Assembly: GCA_051294375.1 (NCBI GenBank)
Contig: JBJCIZ010000631.1
Coordinates: 1 to 32,170, forward strand
Direction: 5' to 3'
Source: Paraspadella gotoi
Lineage: Eukaryota > Animalia > Chaetognatha
DNA length: 32,170 bases
Below, one piece after another: positions 22,301 to 32,170 of this stretch; positions within the stretch are counted from its first letter, which is position 1, and each line of letters begins with the position of its first letter. The translations under genes and the position numbers were made by a program. A model generated the notes under the pieces. The model had not been told where the DNA came from. It made no database searches and worked only from the letters and a program-made list of their open reading frames with translations.

Positions 22301-23355
22301 GTATGTAAAGAAGAGATGAAACGTAGAAAACACCGGAAAACGATAATTTCAAAGAAAAAAAGAATTAAACAACGTTAAAAAACTTGCTGCAAAAAACATC
22401 ATCGAGGTGGTTAAAATTTGGTGAGGAGAGTTATTAAATAATGTTTTTTTTCACGTTTTATCAAAGACAAATAAATTTCCTCTCTTTTTATTTTTAATGT
22501 CTCTCTCTCCTCTTGTTTTCTATTTAATTTTATGGTAGGCTTTCTCTCACTCCTCGAAAAATAGATAAAAACGTTAAATACACCCAGAAAAACGAATTTT
22601 CCGTCTGTAAAAAGATAAATGAAAACTTTGAAAAATAACGGAAAAGCCATTTTTTCTAATGTTAAAAGGAATTGAAATGCGTTAAGGAACACCAACAAAC
22701 GACTTTTGCCAAATATAGAATGAGATAAAAAACTTATAACAGAAAACAATTTTTTCTAATGTAAAAAGAAATAAATGTGTTAAAAACACTGACAAAAGAC
22801 TTTTCCAATATAAAAAGAGATAAAAACTTTAGAAACAAAGAAAAACACATTTTCCAATGTAAAAAGAGATAAAAACATAGAAAACACCGGCAAACAATTT
22901 TTTCAATGTAAAAAAAAAATTAAATCCTTAAAAACTTCGGCAAACAACTTTTTCATTATAAAAAGAGATAAAAAGGTTAAAAACAACGACAAACGACTTT
23001 TCCAATAAAAAAAGAGATAAAAACGTTAAATACACCGGCAGACAACATTTCCAATATAAAAAGAGATAAAAACTTTCAAAATACTAGCAAACTTCTTTTC
23101 CAATATAAAAAGAAGTAAAAACTTTAAAAAAACCGGCAAACGATTTTTCCAATGTAAAAAGAGTTAAAAAACACCGATAAACGACTTTTCTAATGTAAAA
23201 AGTGATAAAAACGTTAAATACACCGGCAGACGACATTTCCAAAGAGATAAAAACTTTAAAAACAAAGAAAAACGCCTTTTCCAATGTAATAAGAGATAAA
23301 AACGTTAAAAAAACCGGCAGACGACATTTCCAATGTAAAAAGAGATAAAAACAAA
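13369..23355 (-). repeat. Satellite block 2 (A-rich orientation)
   Basis: Monomers read ...ttttccaatgtaaaaagagataaaaacgttaaa...; linkers near 14130, 15040, 16350 and 22390; contains an N gap and a noisy segment. Confidence 0.9.
17732..17756. other. Assembly gap (25 N)
   Basis: Counted directly. Confidence 0.99.
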
Positions 23356-23360
23356 GAGAT

Positions 23361-26300
23361 TATTTAACTTTTTACTCTTGAGAGTGAGAGAAAGCATATA
23401 AAATTAAAGAGAAAAGAGAGAGAGAAGAGACATAAAAATAAAAGAGAGAAATTTGTTTTTGATAAAAGATATATAATAACTGTCCCACCACATTTTAACA
23501 ACCTCGTGATGTTATTGCTAGAAGTATTTAACGTTTTAATTCTTTTTCTTTGAAAATATCGTTTCCCGGTTTTAAGAATTTTTATCTCTTTTACATTGGA
23601 AAAAGCGTTTTCTTTGTTTTTAAAGTTTTTATTCTTTGAAATATCGTCTGCCGCTGTATTACGTTTTATCATTTTACTTTAGAAAAGTCGTTTATCGGTG
23701 TTTTTTAATTTTTTTACATTGGAAAAAACGTTTGCCGTTTTTTTTTAAAGTTTTTATTTTTTTTACATTGAAAAAATCGTTTTCTGTTATTTTAAAGTTT
23801 TCATATTTTTACAGAGAAAAAGTCGTTTTCTGGTGTATTTAACATTTTTATCTATTGAGAGTGAGAGAAAGCTACATAAAATTAAAGAGAAAAGAGAGAG
23901 AGAAGAGACATAAAAATAAAAGAGAGGAATTTTGTTGTTTGGAAAAAGATTTAATAACTGTCCTCCCAATTTTAACAACCTCGATGATGTTATTGCAGAA
24001 GTATTTAACGTTTTTATTTCTTTTTCTTGAAAATACGTTTTCCGGTTTTAGAAATTTTTATCTCTTTTACATTGGAAAAAGCGTTTTCTTTGTTTAAAGT
24101 TGTATCTCTTTGGAATATCTTCCGTGTATTTACATTTATACTTTTCTTTAGAAAAGTCGTTATTCGTGTTTTTAACTCTTTTACATTGGAAAAAACGTTT
24201 GCCGTTTTTTTAAAAGTTTATTTCTTTTTACATTGAAAAAAAGTTTTCTGTTTATTTTTAAAGTTTCATATCTTTTTACAGAGAAAGTCGTTTTCTGGTG
24301 TATTTAACGTTTTTATCTATTGAGAGTGGAGAGAAAGCTACATAAAATTAAAGAGAAAAGAGAGAGAGAAGGAGACATAAAAATAAAGAAGAAATTTGTT
24401 TGTTTTGGATAAAAAGATATTTAATAACTGTCCTCACCCAATTTTAACAACCTCGATGATGTTATTTGCAGAAGTATTTAACGTTTTTATTTTTTTTTTT
24501 TGAAAATATCGTTTTCCGGTGTTTTATGAAATTTTTTATCTCTTTTACATTGGAAAAAGCGTTTTTTCTTTGTTTTTAAGTTGTTATCTCTTGGAAATAT
24601 CGTCTGCCGCGTGTATTTACGTTTTTATCACTTTTACTTTAGAAAAGTCGTTTATCGGTGTTTTTAACTCTTTTACATTGGAAAAAACGTTTGCCGTTTT
24701 TTTTAAGTTTTATTTCTTTTACATTTGAAAAAATCGTTTTCTGTATTTTTAAAGTTTTCATATCTTTTTCAGAGAAAAAGTCGTTTTCTGGTGTATTTAA
24801 CGTTTTTATCTATTGAGAGTGAGAGAAAGCTACATAAATTAAAGAGAAAAGAAGAGAAGGAGACATAAAAATAAAGAGAGAAATTTGTTTGTTTTGATAA
24901 AAAGATATTTAATACTGTCCTCACCAATTTTAACAACCTCGATGAGTTATTTGCAGAAGTATTTAACGTTTTATTTCTTTTTTCTTTGAAAATCGTTTTC
25001 CGGTGTTTTAGAAATTTATCTCTTTTTACATTGGAAAAAGCGTTTTTCTTTGTTTTTAAAGTTGTTATCTCTTCTGAATATCGTCTGCCGCTGTATTTAA
25101 CGTTTTTATCATTTTTACTTTAGAAAAGTCGTTTATCGTGTTTTTTTATATTTTTTACATTGGAAAAAACGTTTGCCGTTTTTTTTTTAAGTTTTTATTT
25201 CTTTTTACATTGAAAAAAATCGTTTTTGTTATTTTGAAATTTTCAATATTTTTTTACAGAGAAAAAGTCGTTTTTCTTGTGTATTTAACGTTTTTATCTT
25301 TGAGAGTGAGAGAGAACCTACATATAAATAAAAGAAAAGAGAGAGAGAAGGAGACATAAAAATAAAAGAGAGGAAATTTGTTTGTTTTGATAAAAAGATA
25401 TTTAATAACTGTCTCACCCAATTTAACAACCTCGTGATGTTATTTGCAGAAGTATTTTAACGTTTTTATTTCTTTTTCTTTGAAAATATCGTTTCCGGTG
25501 TTTTAGAAATTTTTTATTCTTTNNNNNNNNNNNNNNNNNNNNNNNNNGAAGTTTGCTAGTGTTTTTAACGTTTTTATCTTTTTTTTACATTGAAATTCGT
25601 TCTGCCGGTGTATTTAACGTTTTTATCTTCTTTTTACATTGGAAAAGGCGTTTTTCTTTGTTTTTAAAGTTTTTATCTCTTTGGAAATGTCGTCTGCCGG
25701 TGTATTTAACGTTTTTATCACTTTTACATTAGAAAAGTCGTTTATCGGTGTTTTTTATCTCTTTTTACATTGGAAAAAATCGTTTGCCGGTTTTTTTTTA
25801 AAGTTTTTTCAATCTTTTATATTGGAAAAAAGTTTGCTAGTATTTTTAACGTTTTTATCTCTTTTTAAAATGGAAATGTCGTCTGCCGGTGTATTTAACG
25901 TTTTTATCTCTCTTTACATTGGAAAAGTCGTTTGTCGTTGTTTTAACTTTTAATCTTTTTTTATATTGAAAAGTTTTGCCGAAGTTTTTAAGGTTTTAAT
26001 TTCTTTTTACATTGAAAATATCTTTTTGCCGGTGTTTTCTACGTTTTATCTGTTTTACATTGGAAAAAGGTTTTTTCTTGTTTCTAAAGTTTTATCTCTT
26101 TTTATATTGGAAAAGTCGTTTGTCAGTGTTTTTAACGCATTTATTTCTTTTTACATTGGAAAAAATTGTTTTTCTGTTATTTTTTAAAGTTTTCATATCT
26201 TTTTACAAAAGAAAAGTCGTTTTTGATGTTTTTAACGTTTTAGCTTTTTTTACATAGGAATAGGTCGTTTGACGGGTTTTTCAACGGTTTTATTTCTTTT

Positions 26301-28505
26301 TTTATTGGGAAAAGTTCGTTTGCCAAAGTTTATTTAGTTTTTATCTCTTTTTTACATTGGAAAAAGCGTTTTTTCTTTGTTTTTAAAGTTTTTTATCTCT
26401 TTGGAAATGTCGTCTGCCGGTGTATTTAACGTTTTTATCACTTTTTACATTAGAAAAGTCGTTTATCGGTGTTTTTTTATCTCTTTTTACATTGGAAAAA
26501 TCGTTTGCTGGTTTTTTTAAAGTTTTTATTTCTTTTTATATTGGAGAAGAAGTTTGCTAGTATTTTTAACGTTTTTATCTCCTTTTTACATTGGAAATGT
26601 CGTCTGCCGGTTTATTTAACGTTTTTTATCTCTTTTTACATTGGAAAAGTCGTTTGTCGTTGTTTTTTAACCTTTTTATCTCTTTTTATATTGAAAAAGT
26701 CGTTCGTCGGTGTTTTTTAACGCATTATATCTTTTTACAAGGAAAAAAATCGTTTTCTGTTATTTTTATAGTTTTCATATCTTTTTTACAAAAGAAAAGT
26801 CGTTTTTTGATTTTTTTTTAACGGTTTTAGCTTTTTTTACATAGGAATAGTCGTTTGACGGGTTTTCAAACGGTTTTATTTTCTTTTTTTTATTGGAAAA
26901 AGTCGTTTGCCAATGTTTTTTACGTTTTTTATCTTCTTTTTACATTGGAAAAATCGTTTGCCGGTTTTTTTAAAGTTTTTATTTCTTTTTATATTGGAAA
27001 AGAAGTTTGCTAGTATTTTTAACGTTTTTATCTCTTTTTACATTGGAAATGTCGTCTGCCGGTGTATTTAACGTTTTTATCTCTTTTTACATTGGAAAAG
27101 GCGTTTTTCTTTGTTTTTAAAGTTTTTTATCTCTTTGGAAATGTCGTCTGCCGGTGTATTTAATTTTTATCACTTTTTACATTAGAAAAGTCGTTTATCG
27201 GTGTTTTTTATTCTCTTTTTACATTGGAAAAATCGTTTACCGGTTTTTTTTTAAAGTTTTTACTTCTTTTTATATTGGAAAAAAAAGTTTGCTAGTATTT
27301 TTAACGTTTTTTTATCCTTTTTTACATTGGAAATGTCGTCTGCCAGTGTATTTAACGTTTTTATATCTTTTTACATTGGAAAAGTCGTTTGTCGTTGTTT
27401 TTAACCTTTTTTTATCTCTTTTTAAATTGAAAAGTTTGTTTGCGAAGTTTTTTAAGGTTTTAATTTTCTTTTTACATTGAAAAATATCGTTTGCCGGTGT
27501 TTTCTATGTTTTTATCTCTTTTTAACATTGGAAAAAGCGTTTTTCTTTGTTTCTAAAGTTTTTATCTCTTTTTATATTGGAAAAGTCTCTTTGTCGGTGT
27601 TTTTAACGCATTTATTTCTTTTTTAAATTAGGAAAAAATTGTTTTCTGTTAATTTTAAAGTTTTTCATATCTTTTTATAAAAGAAAACGTCTTTTTTTGG
27701 ATGTTTTAACGTTTTTAGCTTTTTTTACATAGGAATAGTCTTTTTGACGGGTATTTCAACGGTTTTATTTCTTTTTTTTTATTGGAAAAGTCGCTTGCCA
27801 AAGTTTTTAACGTTTTATCTCTTTTTTACATTGGAAAAAATCGTTTGCCGCGTTTTTTTAAAGTTTTTATTTCTTTTTATATTGGAAAAGAAGTTTGCTA
27901 TTGTTTTTAACGTTTTTATCTTCTTTTTACATTGGAAATTTCGTCTGCCGGGTGTATTTGAAACTTTTTTATCTCTTTTTCACATTGGAAAAGTCGTTTT
28001 TCTGTGTTTTTTAACTTTTTATCTCTTTTTACATTGGAAAAAGCGTTTTTCTTTGTTTTTAAAGTTTTTATCTCTTTGGAAAAGTCGTTTTGCGGTGTAT
28101 TTAACGTATTATCTTTTTTTTACTTAGAAAAGTCGTTTATCGGTGTTTTTTAACTCTTTTTACATTGGAAAAACGTTTGCCGTTTTTTTTAAAGTTTTTA
28201 TTTCTTTTTATATTGGAAATGAAGTTTGCTAGTGTTTTTAAAGTTTTTATCTTTCTTTATATTGCGAAATGTCGTCTGCACGGTGTATTTAACGTTTTTA
28301 TCTCTTTTTTACATTGGAAAAAGCGGTTTTTCTTTGTTTTTTAACTGTTTTTATCTCTTTGAAAATGTCCGTCTGCCGGTTCGTATTCTAACGTTTTTTA
28401 TCACTTTTTTACATTAGAAAAGTTGGTTTATCGGTGTTTTTTTATCTATTTTTTAAATTTGAGAAAAAATCGTTTTGCCGGTTTTTTTTTAAAGTGTTTA
28501 TTTCT
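23361..28505 (+). repeat. Satellite block 3 (T-rich orientation): ~490-bp linker-containing units up to 25522, linker-free units after the gap
   Basis: Linker gagagtgagagaaagctacata...aacctcgatgatgttatttgcagaag starts near 23380, 23857, 24322, 24814 and 25302. Confidence 0.9.
25523..25547. other. Assembly gap (25 N)
   Basis: Counted directly. Confidence 0.99.
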
Positions 28506-31500
28506 TTTCCAATATAAAAAGAAATAAAAACTTTAAAAAAACCGACAAACTATTTTTCCAATGTAAAAAGAGATAAAAACGTAAAAAACTTTGGCAAACG
28601 ACTTTTCTAATAAAAAAGAAATAAAACCGTTGAAAAACCCGTCAAACGACTATTCCTATGTAAAAAAAGCTAAAAACGTTAAAAACATCAAAAAACGACT
28701 TTTATTTTATAAAAAGATATGAAAACTTTAAAAATAACAGAAAACAATTTTTTCCAATGTAAAAATAAATAAATGCGTTAAAAACACTGACAAACGACTT
28801 TTCCAATATAAAAAGAGATAAAAACTTTAGAAACAAAGAAAAACACTTTTTCCAAATTAAAAAGAGTTAAAAACGTAGAAAACACCGGCAAACATTTTTT
28901 TCAATGCAAAAAGAAATTAAAACCTTAAAAACTTCGGCAAACAACTTTTTCAATGTAAAAAGAAATAAATGCGTTAAAAACACCGACAAACGACTTTTTC
29001 AATATAAAAAGAGATAAAAAGGTTAAAAACAACGACAAACGACTTTTCCAATGTAAAAAGAGATAAAAACGTTAAAAATACTAGCAAACTTCTTTTCTTA
29101 TATAAAAAGAAATAAAAACTTAAAAAAAAAACAGCAAACGATTTTTCCAATGTAAAAAGAGATAAAAAACACCGATAAACGACTTTTCTAATGTAAAAAG
29201 TGACAAAAAAGTTAAACACACCGGCAGACGACATTTCCAAAGAGATAAAAACTTAAAAAAAAAAACGCTTTTTCTAATGTAAACAGATATAAAAACGTTA
29301 AATACACCGGCAGACGACATTTCCAATGTAAAAAGAGATAATAACCTTAAAAACACCAGCAAACGACTTTTCCAAAGAGATAAAAACTTTAAAAACAAAG
29401 AAAAACTTTTTTTCGAATGTAAAAAGAGATAAAAACGTTAAAAACTTTGGCAAACGAATTTTCCAATAAAAAAGAAATAAAACCGCTGAAAAACCCGTCA
29501 AAAAAAAAGCTAAAAAAAGCTAAAAACGTTAAAAACATCAAAAAACGACTTTTCTTTTGTAAAAAGAGAAGAAAACGTTAAAAACACCGAAAAACGACTT
29601 TTCCTTTTTTTTTTCCTATGTAAAAAGAGCTAAAAACGTTAAAAACACCAGAAAACGACTTTTCCAATGTGCAAAGAGATGAAAACGTTAAAAATACCGA
29701 AAAACGTCTTTTCCATTGTAAAAAAATGATAAAAAGGTTGAAAACACCAGAAAACAACTTCTTAAATAAGGTGATAAAAACTTTAAAAACAAAGAAAAAC
29801 GCTTTTTCCTATGTAAAAAGAGATGAAACGTAGAAAACACCGGAAAACGATAATTTCAAAGAAAAAAGAAATAAAAACGTTAAAAACTTCTGCAAAAAAC
29901 ATCATCGAGGTGGTTAAAATTGGGTGAGGAGAGTTATTAAATATGTTTTTTTTACGTTTTATCAAGACAAATAAATTTCCTCTCTTTTATTTTTATGTCT
30001 CCTTCTCTCTCTTTTTTCTATTTTAATTTTATGTAGCTTTCTCTCACTCTCAATAGATAAAAACGTTAAATACACCAGAAAACGACTTTTCCTCTGTAAA
30101 AAGATATGAAAACTTTAAAAATAACGGAAAACCATTTTTTCTAATGTAAAAAGAATTAAATGCGTTAAAAACACCAACAAACGACTTTTCCAATATAAAA
30201 TGAGATAAAAACTTTAGAAACAAAGAAAAACGCTTTTTTCAATGTAAAAAGAGATAAAAACGTAGAAGACACCGGCAAACGATATTTTTAATGTAAAAAT
30301 AAATAAAAACCTTAAAAACTTCGGCAAACAACTTTTTCAATATAAAAAGAGATAAAAAGGTTAAAAACATCGACAAACGACTTTTCTAATGTAAAAAGAG
30401 ATAAAAAACGTTAAATACACCGTCAGACGACATTTCCAATGTAAAAAAAGATAAAAACGTTAAAAATACTAGCAAACTTTTTTTTTAATATAAAAAGAAA
30501 TAACAACTTTAAAAAAACCGGCAAACGATTTTTCTAATGTGAAAAGAGATAAAAAAACCGATAAACGACTTTTCTAATGTAAAAAGAGATAATAACGTTA
30601 AAAACACAAGCAAGCGACTTTTCCAAAAAGATTAAAACGTTAAAAACAAAGAAAAGAGTGACGGAAAGCGATTAGGTTTTCAACGAAGAAAGAAAGTATA
30701 TACTAAAATACGCTTAAAATACTTCTGCAAATAACATCATCGAGGTTGTTAAAATTGGGTGAGGACAGTTATTAAATATCTTTTTATCAAAACAAACAAA
30801 TTTCCCTCTTTTATTTTTATGTCTCCTTCTCTCTCTCTTTTCTCTTTAATTTTATGTAGCTTTCTCTCACTCTCAATAGATAAAAACGTTTAAATACACC
30901 AAGAAAACGACTTTTTCTCTGTAAAAAGATATGAAAACTTTAAAAATAACAGAAAACGATTTTTTCCAATGTAAAAAGAAATAAAAACTTTAAAAAAAAC
31001 GGCAAACGTTTTTTCCAATGTGAAGTTAAAAAACACAGATAACGACTTTCTACAAATGTATAAAAACGTTAAATAACAACGCGCAGACGATTTCCAAAGA
31101 GATAACAACTTTTAAAACAAAAAGAAAAACGCTTTTTCCAATGTAAAAAGAGATAAAAAATTTCATAAAACCGGCTGTTTTTCAAAGAAAAGAAATAAAA
31201 AGTTATACTTCTGCAAATAACATCATCGGGGTTGTTAAAATTGGGTGAGACAGTTATTAAATATCTTTTTATCAAAACAAACAATTTCCTCTCTTTATTT
31301 TTTATGTCTCCTTCTCTCTCTCTTTTCTCTTTAATTTTGATAGCTTTCTCTCACTCTCAATAGATAAAAACGTTAAATACACAGAAAACGACTTTTTTCT
31401 CGTAAAAGATATGAAAACTTTTAACAGAAAACGATTTTTTCCAATGTAAAAGAAATAAAAACTTTAAAAAAAACGGCAAACGTTTTTTCCAATGTAAAAA

Positions 31501-32170
31501 GAGTATAAAAACACCGATAAACGACTTTTCTAAAGTAAAAAAGTAATAAAAAGTTAATAACACCGGCAGACGAATATTCCAAAGAGAATAACAACTTTAA
31601 AAAACAAAGAAAAAACGCTTTTTCCAATGTAAAAAGAGATAAAAAATTTCTAAAACACCGGAAAACGAATATTTCAAAAAAAAAAGAAAAAAAAACGTTA
31701 AATACTTCTGCAAATAACATCATCGAGGTTGTTAAAATTGGGTGAGGACAGTTATTAAATATCTTTTTATCAAAAACAAACAAATTTCCTCTCTTTTATT
31801 TTTATGTCTCCTTCCTTCTCTTTTTTTCTCTTTAATTTTATGTAGCTTTCTCTCACTCTCAATAGATAAACCGTTAAATACACCAGAAAACGACTTTTTC
31901 TCTGTAAAAAGATATGAAAACTTTAAAAATAACAGAAAACGATTTTTTTCAATGTAAAAGAAATAAAAACTTAAAAAAAAAAAACGGCAAACGTTTTTTC
32001 CAATGTAAAAAGAATTAAAAAAACACCGATAAACGACTTTTCTAAAGTAAAAAGTGATAAAAACGTTAAATACAGCGGCAGACGATATTTCCAAAGAGAT
32101 AACAACTTTAAAAAACAAAGAAAACGCTTTTTCCAATGTAAAAGAAGATAAAAAATTTCTAAAACACCCG
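28506..32170 (-). repeat. Satellite block 4 (A-rich orientation); ~490-bp units from about 30720
   Basis: Linkers near 29890, 30722, 31208 and 31705; a short non-satellite junction at about 30656-30716. Confidence 0.9.

Larger units (their letters stand above)
11971..32170. repeat. ~20-kb satellite array of ~49-bp monomers with higher-order structure
   Basis: Conserved core TTTAACGTTTTTATCTCTTTTTACATTGGAAAA plus a ~16-nt variable part related to GTCGTTTGCCGGTG. Period is 49 bp between AACG at 27021 and 27070; shorter deletion variants also occur. The array runs off the right edge. Confidence 0.97.

Noticed and set aside
12015-32136. Dozens of F/L/K-rich ORFs in the satellite
   Set aside because: They are translations of the T-rich repeat strand in overlapping frames, they flip with array orientation, and they show no domain signal.
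11971-32170. CRISPR-like array (constant repeat plus variable spacer)
   Set aside because: The variable parts are only ~16 nt, are homologous to one another and recur many times. There are no cas genes or leader, and the context is eukaryotic.

Overview
AT-rich eukaryotic (probably invertebrate) repeat-dominated DNA with no intact protein-coding gene. Bases 1-11970 are a nest of mobile-element relics. These are: hammerhead-ribozyme-like modules in palindromic arrangements resembling Penelope-like-element pseudo-LTRs (428-516, 1031-1223, and a second family at 9817-9989); a modular (GA)n-containing repeat present in both orientations (about 1960-3670 on +, about 8353-11045 on -); a 5'-truncated, frameshifted L1/Tx1-type LINE on the minus strand (3674-8345) with a poly(A) tail; a clean 1275-bp non-autonomous hAT element with 21-bp TIRs and an 8-bp TSD (9265-10539); and a degenerate tRNA-Lys(CTT)-like sequence (11557-11640). 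From 11971 to the end lies a ~20-kb satellite of ~49-bp monomers with ordered variants, a recurring ~155-bp linker, ~490-bp higher-order units and three orientation switches. Two 25-N gaps and an indel-noisy segment suggest long-read gap filling, so the large-scale satellite structure needs read-level confirmation. Nearly all listed ORFs outside the LINE are low-complexity artefacts. All coordinates and alignments were read by eye; no searches were run.
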